This document shows, piece after piece, positions 8,992 to 18,152 of a stretch of DNA of 64,000 bases (position 1 is its first letter; each line of letters starts with the position of its first letter). The position numbers and the translations under genes are program-made. The DNA is from a virus (lineage: Duplodnaviria; Caudoviricetes): positions 1,915 to 65,914 of the IMG/VR virus record IMGVR_UViG_3300030117_001894. One strand, written 5' to 3'. The notes under the pieces were generated by a model. It did not search any database. It saw only the letters and a list, made by a program, of their open reading frames with translations, and was not told where the DNA came from.

Positions 8992-11232
8992 CTATAACGG
9001 TGGTTGTAATTTTATTATATCGTTCATTTTGCTTATATTACTACCCGCAAGCCCATAAAACGCATTTATATTATCAGGCATCGTCTCAGTATAGATAGTT
9101 TTAGGCGTATACCATTGATCTTGATCAGCTAGTATAACGGTTTGATACGTATTAAATCCAGGAACAAAACCCATATAAGCAATAATTGTATCTTCTGAAC
9201 CGTATTCACCTGTTTCTTCTTGTTGGGCTTCTACTTCTTCCTGTGCGGTTTGTAAATTTTGTGCTATTAAATCTTCTACTGTAGTATCTGTATCAGACGA
9301 TGTATCCATGGAACTAATTGATGTATCTATTTGGTCTTGTACCGTATTAGTATTTACGTTAGCTACAACAACCGAAGTATTAACATCGGTTGCATTCATA
9401 GAATCACTGGTAGAAGAACCAGAAACAGACATAGAACTCATGTCTAATACTTGATTTGTTTGTACTGTAGCGGAAGCAAACTGGTCTGACATACTTGGAG
9501 AACTGGTCGTACTTATACCTGCGTTACCTGACGAAGCCCCTGTAGAACTATTACCTACAGCGTTACCAGAAGCCGCACTATTACCTGTAGCATGAATACT
9601 ATTACCAGAGTTAGTACCGCTAACACTTTGATTTGCTACTGTTATAGTAGAAGCAACAACTCGTAAAGCTATATCCCTACTAATAGAACTTTTACCTGTA
9701 GCTTCTTCTCTTTCCGCAGTTTGAAACTCTTCTTCAAAAACTTCTTCGAACTCTTCTACGATTTCTTCTCTTTCAATTCTTTCTTCTTCTATTTCTGCTT
9801 CTGCTATACGTTCTTCGATAGCTTCAAAAACTTCTTCTACTGCCTCTTCTTCGAAAATTTCTTCAATAAATTCTTCTTCTGGCTCATCAAGATCAGCAAG
9901 TTCTTCTTCAATTCGTTCTTCAATTCGTTCATTAATTTCTTCTTCGAACCACTCTTCTAATTCATCTATAGAAGTAAATTCAATAAATGTTTCAGGTTCA
10001 CTGTAATCTTCTACTAGAAATGTTTCTTGGAATATAAATTCTTCTAATAATAGTTCTTCTTGATGATGAAAAGGATCATCTGCTCTAAACATAAAATCAT
10101 CAATAAACGTTAGTGGTTCAGGTTCGTAAAAAACTATAAGTTCTTCTATAAAAGGATCTTCAAAATAATCGCTAGGGTTATCTCCAAACTCTTCAAAAGG
10201 GGGGAACATTTCTTCCTCATACATCTCTATAATTTCTATAGGATCTTCAAAACCATATTCATCGTAATCAAAATCATCTTCGAATATACCTGTGGCAAAT
10301 TGTTCTTGCTCATCAATAAAACCATAGTCAACATTAGTATCGTCAAAGAAAGCTACTGATTCTTCTTGGCTATAACCTGCACAAAAAGGTGCGTATTGTG
10401 GGTCTTCATCGCATTGTTGGTCGTCATAAGCCTCCCAATAACTAGGACAAGACAGGCTATATAATTGATCGAGATTACATTGTTGTGTTAAATAAGCTGC
10501 TGCATATCCTGCACAAGATTCGTTATTTAGTGGATTGCTACAATCTATAGCATTACCAGTACCCACACCATATAAAGAACCACCACTTTCTAATAAAGTA
10601 TTAGATGATGTGTTGTTCCAATCACTATTTACACATGAACTAGAATTAGTTGTACCTGTACTACATTCATCATGGTATAAATAAGTATAAACTTGTGAAG
10701 TACCACTTCCTATCTCACCAATTAGAACATCGTGTTTAATTATATTTAACGCACCATATCTAAATTCAAAAGTATCGTTAGTCCAAAGTATGACTTCAAA
10801 ACTGTTATCGGTGTTGCTTCTATTATATTCACGCAAGTTATACCAACCAAAAACAGTTTTATCGCTAAAACTTTTCGCTAACATCTTAGAGCCATTATCT
10901 CTAATTAAATCAGTCCAAAAAGGATATAAGGTATAAGTATGTTGTCCTGTTAATGGATCAGGCGTGTAATCATTACAGTAAGCACCTGTAGTTTTAAAAT
11001 GTAAACAACCATTGGTAGCCATTCTACCTTGTGTAAAAGATTCACCATAGAAATCAAAGGTAAACCCTAGATTAAATGCAGATGACACTTGGTCATCTGC
11101 TGAATTTAAGTTTGTAGTACCTGATTCACCTGTTAAATCAATTAAAGGCTGATTGGCTTCGTATATATATTGACTTAATACATTAAGACTGAGTAAACAG
11201 ACTACTATTGTGCATAAAATTCTTTTTTGCAT
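8992..11232 (-). CDS. Secreted protein with nidogen(NIDO)-like N-terminal domain, Cys-rich repeats, a very acidic region and a Ser/Thr-rich region
   Basis: Signal peptide; DD..S....LGFTFDFYG...ATNG and YPFWTDL motifs; Glu-rich middle. Confidence 0.65.
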   Translation of the reverse strand: MQKRILCTIVVCLLSLNVLSQYIYEANQPLIDLTGESGTTNLNSADDQVSSAFNLGFTFDFYGESFTQGRMATNGCLHFKTTGAYCNDYTPDPLTGQHTYTLYPFWTDLIRDNGSKMLAKSFSDKTVFGWYNLREYNRSNTDNSFEVILWTNDTFEFRYGALNIIKHDVLIGEIGSGTSQVYTYLYHDECSTGTTNSSSCVNSDWNNTSSNTLLESGGSLYGVGTGNAIDCSNPLNNESCAGYAAAYLTQQCNLDQLYSLSCPSYWEAYDDQQCDEDPQYAPFCAGYSQEESVAFFDDTNVDYGFIDEQEQFATGIFEDDFDYDEYGFEDPIEIIEMYEEEMFPPFEEFGDNPSDYFEDPFIEELIVFYEPEPLTFIDDFMFRADDPFHHQEELLLEEFIFQETFLVEDYSEPETFIEFTSIDELEEWFEEEINERIEERIEEELADLDEPEEEFIEEIFEEEAVEEVFEAIEERIAEAEIEEERIEREEIVEEFEEVFEEEFQTAEREEATGKSSISRDIALRVVASTITVANQSVSGTNSGNSIHATGNSAASGNAVGNSSTGASSGNAGISTTSSPSMSDQFASATVQTNQVLDMSSMSVSGSSTSDSMNATDVNTSVVVANVNTNTVQDQIDTSISSMDTSSDTDTTVEDLIAQNLQTAQEEVEAQQEETGEYGSEDTIIAYMGFVPGFNTYQTVILADQDQWYTPKTIYTETMPDNINAFYGLAGSNISKMNDIIKLQPPL

Positions 11233-12314
11233 TGTTTTTCTGTTTTAGTTTTTCTTGTATAAATTGTTTTTATGCCACCAACAACATCTTTCTTTATTTT
11301 ATCTCTGTTAGGGTTTCTCTCGTGTGTGCATTTAGCTATAAACTCTTCTAAAGCATCGTCTTTATCAGGTCTTTTGTGTGGGTTCTCTTGCCACGCTACA
11401 GTAGCTTCTTTACCTATTTTGCCCTCATACGGACAAGGCGTACCTGCCATTGACATAGCTTTAAATACTCTTTCGTCTTGGCATAACAACGCAACTGATG
11501 CTACTTTCATGCCCATATCGTACAAATACTTGGATAATTTTAACCTTTCACAGTTTTTATCTGTAACTGTTTTACCACCTGAAAAACCAAATACTTGTCC
11601 TTGAAACGCACCTGATACGCCAGTAGTACATAAATCTTGTGAATAAGACATTATAGATGGAGCAATAGCAGATGCAGGAGGAGCTTCTGATTTAATATTT
11701 TGGTTAATTGTCTGCGTGCTATTAGATTCGTTTATATTTCTGTTGGTGTTGTCTGATGTTGTATTGTTATTATTTTGATTAACATTATTAGTAGTAACGT
11801 TGGAATCTGATTCAGATTTATTAATGTTCGTATTTGTATTGTTCGATGTTGAAGTCGAATTATTTGTATTGTTTACGTTTTGATTTACTGTTGAATTAAC
11901 GGTAGATGTTGACGTAGAAGTGTTAACGTTATTGTTTGTATTAGTATTGTTCGAAGTCGAAGTCGCTGTCGATGTGTTGATATTATTATTCGTGTTGGTG
12001 TTGACATTAGTGTTCGAATTCGTATTCGTTGCTGTGGTCGTCGTCGTGTTCGTATTAACATTTGTGTTGCTGTTTGTGTTCGTGTTTGTGTTCGTGTTTG
12101 TGTTGGTGTTTGTGTTCGTGTTCGTGTTGGTAGTTGTCGTTGTATTGGTAGTATCTAAACTATTGTTTTCACAATATTGCGTTCCATTAGTACAAGCTGT
12201 TCCTGCTTGTTGATTAGATTGAGCGTTTACAGAAACAGAAAAAACCGTTACTACAGCTATCCCTAATAGAAGTGCTACCCATGAGAAAAAATGATCTAAT
12301 CTTCCTTTTTTCAA
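11205..12314 (-). CDS. Exported Asn/Thr-repeat protein with Cys-containing C-terminal domain
   Basis: Signal/TM segment; (NT)n tract; PPASAIAPS...CERLKLSK...LCQDERVF...GTPCP domain. Confidence 0.7.
   Translation of the reverse strand: MKKGRLDHFFSWVALLLGIAVVTVFSVSVNAQSNQQAGTACTNGTQYCENNSLDTTNTTTTTNTNTNTNTNTNTNTNTNTNSNTNVNTNTTTTTATNTNSNTNVNTNTNNNINTSTATSTSNNTNTNNNVNTSTSTSTVNSTVNQNVNNTNNSTSTSNNTNTNINKSESDSNVTTNNVNQNNNNTTSDNTNRNINESNSTQTINQNIKSEAPPASAIAPSIMSYSQDLCTTGVSGAFQGQVFGFSGGKTVTDKNCERLKLSKYLYDMGMKVASVALLCQDERVFKAMSMAGTPCPYEGKIGKEATVAWQENPHKRPDKDDALEEFIAKCTHERNPNRDKIKKDVVGGIKTIYTRKTKTEKQCKKEFYAQ
11700..12150 (-). repeat. Coding low-complexity Asn-Thr (AACACA/AACACG) repeat
   Basis: Degenerate 6-bp repeats encoding TNTNTN. 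Confidence 0.8.
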
Positions 12315-12697
12315 GAATCTTCACCTTTAAATTGTTTACTACTACCTGTTGTACCTGCGTATAAACCAAACCAAGCTGCACCTGCACCAACTACAATAGA
12401 AATAAGACCTGATTGTTCAAATGTAGGTTCAGGAAGCTCCATAAACCATATTGTGCATTTATACAATAAAACAATATAAACGGTTAAAAAAGCTCTAGGG
12501 AAAATACGCCATGAATCTACTGCTTTCGCTAAATGAATCCATTTTTGATGTGGGTTAACTTTATCATCAGCCTCAAGATCTCTAATTTTGTCTTTTAAAT
12601 CAGATATTTCTTGTATCATCGCCATAAATTTGTTGAGATCCATCTCAACTTCATTACGATCCATATCTCCGCCAAATCTACCTTGTCCATCGTTCAT
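12311..12697 (-). CDS. Two-TM membrane protein, holin candidate
   Basis: DSWRIFPR followed by two hydrophobic helices; near the endolysin. Confidence 0.5.
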   Translation of the reverse strand: MNDGQGRFGGDMDRNEVEMDLNKFMAMIQEISDLKDKIRDLEADDKVNPHQKWIHLAKAVDSWRIFPRAFLTVYIVLLYKCTIWFMELPEPTFEQSGLISIVVGAGAAWFGLYAGTTGSSKQFKGEDS

Positions 12698-12698
12698 A

Positions 12699-13130
12699 TT
12701 ATTTCTCCGTTTCTACTGGAACAAACTCTCCTAACTCTATTAATTTACGTCTGTTTTCCATATGCTCTGCTTCAACGTCTTCTTTACTTTGTCCATGATA
12801 CCTAACTGCAAGAAAATTTAATATCATTTTTTCGTTAATATTAATACCGTCTACGATAACAGCTCCTAGAACACGTCCATACTTACCTTTAGAATCTTTG
12901 AGTTTAGATTGTAAAACAACTGTTTTACCGTTTGTTATTGAATCTTTTAAGAACTTAGCCGCAAGTTTACCTCTGGCTTTTTCGTCTTTATTTCTGGTTC
13001 TTGATTCAGGTGTATCAATCCCATAAAGACGTACACGACACTTGTGAAGAATAGAAAACCCAAGATCAAGGATAACATCAATAGTGTCGCCATCAACCAC
13101 CCTAGTAACCGTACAGTTATATTCATACAT
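12699..13130 (-). CDS. Thermonuclease (SNase-like) family nuclease
   Basis: VVDGDT, RVRLYGIDTPES and KGKYGRVLG motifs. Confidence 0.9.
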   Translation of the reverse strand: MYEYNCTVTRVVDGDTIDVILDLGFSILHKCRVRLYGIDTPESRTRNKDEKARGKLAAKFLKDSITNGKTVVLQSKLKDSKGKYGRVLGAVIVDGININEKMILNFLAVRYHGQSKEDVEAEHMENRRKLIELGEFVPVETEK

Positions 13131-13251
13131 ATTTAATCTCCTTTCTAAGCGTCTATAGTGCGTTTTAAGAGCTTTTCTTTATTTCGGCGTGTGTTTCCTT
13201 CCTTTTCTAAAATAAAGCTCCTCAGTGAGCTTAGAAAACCGCTTTAAGCCA

Positions 13252-13365
13252 TTACTTCTTCTTCCCTTTTTTAATTTTCCTCTTTTTCATTTTCTTAGCA
13301 TAAGCTTTTGCTGCTGCTTTCCCTTTAGGTGTGTATGAAAAATGTTTATTTCCTACTCTTGGCAC
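13252..13365 (-). CDS. Small Lys-rich protein, 37 aa (MPRVGNKHFSYTPKGKAAAKAYAKK...)
   Basis: GTG start with AGGAGG SD; not in the ORF track. Confidence 0.6.
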   Translation of the reverse strand: MPRVGNKHFSYTPKGKAAAKAYAKKMKKRKIKKGKKK

Positions 13366-13811
13366 TATAATCCTCCTTTTAATACCCTATCTCTTAACCT
13401 AGTCGCACGAGGTCCTACTTGTGTAGCCCAACGACTATCCATCATCTCAACTGCAGCAGTATTCCAATCTTGTTTTTCTATTGCAGTTAAAAATTTTTGA
13501 AATTTTAATAACCTTGTAATACCTAAATTAAAACACATATTGGCTAATACACGTTTTATATCTTCAGGCTGATTAGACGCCCAAGGCATATTTCTTTCTA
13601 AATCAGTAAATACAGACTCTATATCTTTTTCAAAACATTCGATAACTCGTTCCTTTGATACTGGGGTTCCAACTGGTTCTCCGTATTCGGGATCGCTTTC
13701 AAGTACAAGGTGACCAATACCAAAAGTGGGATAACCCAAATGATCATTGTAAATTTCATAGATACAACCTTCGTCAAACTCTAATTCTTCTCTTAATTTA
13801 TTAATATTCAT
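13365..13811 (-). CDS. Endolysin, T4-type lysozyme (GH24)
   Basis: DEG...YNDHLGYPTFGIGH catalytic region, NMCFNLG and SRWATQVGPRA; likely start MNINKL at 13811. Confidence 0.9.
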   Translation of the reverse strand: MNINKLREELEFDEGCIYEIYNDHLGYPTFGIGHLVLESDPEYGEPVGTPVSKERVIECFEKDIESVFTDLERNMPWASNQPEDIKRVLANMCFNLGITRLLKFQKFLTAIEKQDWNTAAVEMMDSRWATQVGPRATRLRDRVLKGGL

Positions 13812-13813
13812 AT

Positions 13814-14146
13814 TTAATTTATCCCTATTTCTATTGAGGTAGCTCCACCAGTAGCTACAGTTATATTGCCTATTTGTGCTACCGCTTGAACACCCTTTTC
13901 GTTGCCAGAATATAAATCTACCCATTGTTCACCAGTCCATAACTGTAACTGGTTAGTAGAAAGATTCCATATAATATCCCCGCCATTAAATTTATTTATA
14001 TTTCTTTGTTCTTCGTTTACTGCTAATGTTGCATCAATGTCGACTCTGTTTAAACTAAGTTCTAAAACTCTTACTAATCTATTAAAAGTTTCAGACGAAA
14101 TCTCACCAATAGCAATAGGTAATTTAGTTTCTAATAATTTACCCAC
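13814..14146 (-). CDS. Hypothetical tail-associated protein
   Basis: Follows the nozzle gene; GDIIWN...LQLWTGEQW motif. Confidence 0.5.
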   Translation of the reverse strand: MGKLLETKLPIAIGEISSETFNRLVRVLELSLNRVDIDATLAVNEEQRNINKFNGGDIIWNLSTNQLQLWTGEQWVDLYSGNEKGVQAVAQIGNITVATGGATSIEIGIN

Positions 14147-16026
14147 TATCTTTTACCGTCTGGTCTAAAATTCAATCGCATTGCTCCTACTCTAAAACCA
14201 ACACCTTCGGTGCTTCCTGAAGCTCCATCGTCGTCTGATTCTATACGTAAAACAGCTTGTCTACCTCTAACTCTTGTATCTATTTTAGTAGTTGCTGAAT
14301 CACAAGTACTTGTTACTGCTGTTGTTAAACTTTCTCCTGGAAAATTTCTACGTTTTAAAACAACATTAACACTTTGTCCGCCGCTTCCTGTTGAACCTGT
14401 TCCTGTAAATTTAATATCAGGGATAATTCTACTAATAAATTGAAAATCTTCTCCTCCTGGATCAAGATCAAAATCACTTGATTCAATAAACACGTTAGTC
14501 ATAGCCGAACCGTCGTTATCGTTACCGATTTCGTGGTTATAAACGTACCCTACATCAGAGGAGGAAGATACTGCTTTAGGATTATCAAAAATACCTTCGT
14601 CTATCCACGCTGTTCTTGATAAAGTACCGATTGTCCAAACTTGTTCTTCATAATTAAAAACCACGTATTTATCTATAACTGTTGCGTCAGCACTACAATA
14701 AAACCACCCAACCTCGTCAAACGCTTTATTTACAAAACCAAATATTTGATAACTTTGTATTTCGTTTATATTACTAAAAACATAATCTTGTACCGTACAG
14801 GGTATTTCTTGAACAGCTCCGTTATAGACATAGAAACCTTTTTTATCCATCCAAAAAACACCTTTTGGACTATTTACCATTGCGTTAGGACTAACTAACC
14901 CTACGCCTTCGTTTACAAGATTTAAACTAAAAGTAAACGGTTGACCTACAAAAGTCATAGAGTATAAAGAAGTATCTGTCCAAACTAAAATTTCTTGTTT
15001 TGCTCTAGTTGCTCCAACTATAGAAGAACCTGCAGATAATCTAAAAGAACCTGCTGTATTTGTAGATAAAGGCTCCCAGACTGCAGCATTTTCTTGGTCA
15101 CTCCATGCAATGAACATAGGGTCAATAGAACCTGTTCTGGCTGTTCCTCCTGTATTTAAAGGATCAGCACCAAAACAAATAACGTGTCTATCTATATCAG
15201 AAACCATTACTTGTAACGCTTTAGTAGGTGTTAAGTTAGCTCCTGAAAGTTCAGAAAGAGCTACCGCTCTAGTAGAAAGACCGTTAGACTCATCCCAATA
15301 AAAAACTCCACCAAAACGCGGGTTTATGATTATATCTTCACCAAAATTATCATGTGACCATAAACGTAACTGGTTAGCAAAACTAAGAGCAGTTGTAGAA
15401 CCAAAAGTACCTTCACCCCAAGTTCCCGCTCCCCAACCAGACGAAGGGACATAAACATCTAATCCAGTATTTATTTGATAAGAAGCATCAGTAGCACTAC
15501 CACCGTTACCTGAATCACTAGAATTTGCTGTAGCAGAAGCTGTAAACGTATAAGTGTTTGCAGTAGGAATGGAAGTTATCTGATGTTCTTGATTTAGAAC
15601 AGAAGCTGTTATATTACCGCCTAAAGAAACAGCATTAGAAATAGTTACAAAATCATTAACAACAGCACCATGAGCTGTATCCGTAGCTGTTATTACAGCA
15701 CTTCCATTCGTGGCTGAAAATGTCGTAACATTTTCGTCTACTGATCGTATAGGAGTTATATCATAAAAAGACGTACCTTCTAAAATATAATATTTCCAAC
15801 TAGTTCCTAAACCTAAATATTTAGTTCCTTCTAAATCAACCCATGCGTGTAAACCTCTACCTGTGCCTTTAAATGAGTCTGAACTAGATTTAGACCATCC
15901 GCCTATTTTTTCAGGAAGACCTTTTCTAAAACGAACTAAATTAGAATCGAACCAGCCTCCTTCATTTGAATAAGCTGTCCCTTCCTTATTGATTCCAGGT
16001 TTGAAAAGGAACTTTTGTAAAGGCAT
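14146..16026 (-). CDS. Tail nozzle / tubular protein B-like (P22 gp10-like) beta-propeller
   Basis: 626 aa beta-rich; VRFRKGLPEKIGGW and IAWSDQE motifs; synteny. Confidence 0.7.
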   Translation of the reverse strand: MPLQKFLFKPGINKEGTAYSNEGGWFDSNLVRFRKGLPEKIGGWSKSSSDSFKGTGRGLHAWVDLEGTKYLGLGTSWKYYILEGTSFYDITPIRSVDENVTTFSATNGSAVITATDTAHGAVVNDFVTISNAVSLGGNITASVLNQEHQITSIPTANTYTFTASATANSSDSGNGGSATDASYQINTGLDVYVPSSGWGAGTWGEGTFGSTTALSFANQLRLWSHDNFGEDIIINPRFGGVFYWDESNGLSTRAVALSELSGANLTPTKALQVMVSDIDRHVICFGADPLNTGGTARTGSIDPMFIAWSDQENAAVWEPLSTNTAGSFRLSAGSSIVGATRAKQEILVWTDTSLYSMTFVGQPFTFSLNLVNEGVGLVSPNAMVNSPKGVFWMDKKGFYVYNGAVQEIPCTVQDYVFSNINEIQSYQIFGFVNKAFDEVGWFYCSADATVIDKYVVFNYEEQVWTIGTLSRTAWIDEGIFDNPKAVSSSSDVGYVYNHEIGNDNDGSAMTNVFIESSDFDLDPGGEDFQFISRIIPDIKFTGTGSTGSGGQSVNVVLKRRNFPGESLTTAVTSTCDSATTKIDTRVRGRQAVLRIESDDDGASGSTEGVGFRVGAMRLNFRPDGKR

Positions 16027-16035
16027 TTAACTCTC

Positions 16036-16218
16036 CTACAATAGTTTATCCACACCTAAAGAAGCAGCAATTAAACCATATAACCCCCATAAAATAAGTT
16101 CTAATCTTTTGAACTTAGCAGAACCTTCGTCAAGACGTTTTTCTATATATTCATAACGAACAGCACATTCTCTTTCATGGGCTTCTAATTTAATTAATGC
16201 TTCTTTGGAAGTTGTCAT
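16036..16218 (-). CDS. Small coiled-coil protein with C-terminal TM (holin/XhlA-like candidate)
   Basis: HERECAVRY motif plus hydrophobic C-terminus. Confidence 0.5.
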   Translation of the reverse strand: MTTSKEALIKLEAHERECAVRYEYIEKRLDEGSAKFKRLELILWGLYGLIAASLGVDKLL

Positions 16219-16221
16219 AGG

Positions 16222-16389
16222 TTATTTTTCTTTTGCTTTACCTACATTAATAGCACACCAATCTATCATTTTATAGATCTTGCTTATAAATTCATCATCT
16301 TTTGGTGTTGGTGTTAAAGCACAAATTAATGATGCTCCTGAAATAATCCAAGGTGCTAATTGGATTATTTTTAATATCGTATCTAACAT
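16222..16389 (-). CDS. Small membrane protein, holin-like, 55 aa (MLDTILKIIQLAPWIISGASLICALTPTPKDD...)
   Basis: GGGAG SD; TPTPKDD motif; not in the ORF track. Confidence 0.65.
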   Translation of the reverse strand: MLDTILKIIQLAPWIISGASLICALTPTPKDDEFISKIYKMIDWCAINVGKAKEK

Positions 16390-16401
16390 ATTTTTCTCCC
16401 T

Positions 16402-16488
16402 TTAAAGTGGATGACTATCATCCATTAATAAAACAGCCATACTTGACACCGCAAATACTGCTAAAACCATCCATAATAAATCAATCAT
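16402..16488 (-). CDS. 28-aa single-TM peptide (MIDLLWMVLAVFAVSSMAVLLMDDSHPL)
   Basis: ATGA overlap with the upstream stop; hydrophobic. Confidence 0.4.
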   Translation of the reverse strand: MIDLLWMVLAVFAVSSMAVLLMDDSHPL

Positions 16489-17054
16489 GATGAAGGTGCA
16501 TCAGGAAACTCTCCTAATGGTCTTACTGGTGGGTCAGCATCGTTATAGACATACAAAGCTGCAAGAGCATCTACATCTGAAACAGCATTTATTTTTGTTT
16601 TCATGCTTTGTGCTGCTGTTCTTACACCTGTCCTATAAGTAGTCCAATCACTCGCTACTGTTCCACTTGTTTCAGTAGCTTTAACGACCATCCAATCATT
16701 AGGCAACAATAAACTATAGGCTTGATTATCAACGATTGCACAATGCGATGTTTTTAGGTCTGATAAAGTTTTAGCTGTAGCTGTTCCATACGATGCTACA
16801 ACTACATTGGTATAATTTGTACTATTTATTGTTACGCTAGATTGAAACGCATAAGATACATTTGTGTTAGTGTAATACTCGGGGTCTTTTTTATTTGTAT
16901 TATCTTGCACAACATCATAAATCTTTATTGCATTTAATTCTGCTGTTGTCCAAAGTTCAAATATATTACTAGGATATTGGACATCTCCTAATATTAATTT
17001 TGTTGGTCGTGCAAAAACTTTACTTACACTTCCTGATTCTACTAATGCCCACAT
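16485..17054 (-). CDS. Tail fibre assembly chaperone-like protein
   Basis: LLPNDWMVVK...WTTYRTGVR motif; follows the fibre genes. Confidence 0.65.
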   Translation of the reverse strand: MWALVESGSVSKVFARPTKLILGDVQYPSNIFELWTTAELNAIKIYDVVQDNTNKKDPEYYTNTNVSYAFQSSVTINSTNYTNVVVASYGTATAKTLSDLKTSHCAIVDNQAYSLLLPNDWMVVKATETSGTVASDWTTYRTGVRTAAQSMKTKINAVSDVDALAALYVYNDADPPVRPLGEFPDAPSS

Positions 17055-17057
17055 AAT

Positions 17058-18152
17058 TTACCTCGCTGTTGTTGGAATACTATTAGTATCTGTTGATGTT
17101 ACGAATGGATGTTGAGCAAATGCTATGTATATCATTGTTTGCCCACTATGATTTATTGAACTTGTACCAAAACTACCAAGAGCTGATGGTTTTACTCTAA
17201 ATCCGTTACTTAACATATCTATTGCTTGGTCTGTAGCTTCTGCATCAGGTGTATTAGCCTCTAACATTAAACCATTTGGATTAAAAGTTCTTCTAGCATT
17301 ATCAAAAATATACCAAGGTCTAGCTGCTGTTTCAGTATTTTTAATCATTACAAAAGCAGGAGAAAATCCTAAGTAGATAAATGGTCCATTTAGGGTTTCT
17401 CCATTGCCAGTGTAACTACCAAATTTAGAAAAGCCTTGTACTTCTTTCCAAGCATAACAAACAAAAGTATCATTAGGTTGGTTTACATCTGCTTGTTCAC
17501 CTGTTTTAATTATTGAACTGGTTGGTGCTTCATTTCTCCACCAAGTAGAAGCTGATGCAACTGCGTTAGCTGAGTTTAATCTTAAATAATTGTTTTGTGG
17601 AGTAGCTGCCATATCTTTATGATAAAGACCCCAATTTCTGCTACCACCATTTCTTCTTTTTATAAAGAAAAAATCAGGAACAACTCCTAACCCATGACCT
17701 AAATCTAAGGGTTCAATAGGGTCAAGTCCTGTGTATGTAAAAATACTTATTTTAGCTGTTGAATCTACTTGTACTGTAGTTGTTAAATCGCCATCTGAAT
17801 TACTTGATGTTGTTCCTCCATTAACTTTCCATGACCAGGCAACATAAGTATCACTACTTGTATTTACTTGTGCTAAAGCACCTACAGTAAAACCATCAGA
17901 CCCTAAAGCTGTTAAACCTGTAGATTCTGTAGTTTCTGCAACAGTTGTGTTTGGTTCTAACATTTTCTGTACGCCTCTTGTAGAATCCCACAACGAATGA
18001 TCTGCTGATGCGTTTCTTTCTTTAATCCATACTAAATCAGGTTGCATAGCAGAATTACCATCAAATGTATTAGCTAATGATGATCCTGTGCCTGTATATA
18101 AATCTATTTGAAAATATGCTGAAGAATCGTCTATTGTTGTGTAATCTGCCAT
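17058..18152 (-). CDS. Tail fibre / receptor-binding protein (C-terminal-type module)
   Basis: Repeated YTG.G...PDLVWIK.R and GFSPAFVMIK motifs of marine phage fibres. Confidence 0.7.
   Translation of the reverse strand: MADYTTIDDSSAYFQIDLYTGTGSSLANTFDGNSAMQPDLVWIKERNASADHSLWDSTRGVQKMLEPNTTVAETTESTGLTALGSDGFTVGALAQVNTSSDTYVAWSWKVNGGTTSSNSDGDLTTTVQVDSTAKISIFTYTGLDPIEPLDLGHGLGVVPDFFFIKRRNGGSRNWGLYHKDMAATPQNNYLRLNSANAVASASTWWRNEAPTSSIIKTGEQADVNQPNDTFVCYAWKEVQGFSKFGSYTGNGETLNGPFIYLGFSPAFVMIKNTETAARPWYIFDNARRTFNPNGLMLEANTPDAEATDQAIDMLSNGFRVKPSALGSFGTSSINHSGQTMIYIAFAQHPFVTSTDTNSIPTTAR

Noticed and set aside
13812-13925. N-terminal extension of the lysozyme ORF (similar extensions at 45149-45241, 54561-54620, 57643-57690, 59200-59226)
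   Set aside because: They overlap upstream genes or promoters; downstream ATGs fit SDs and domain starts better
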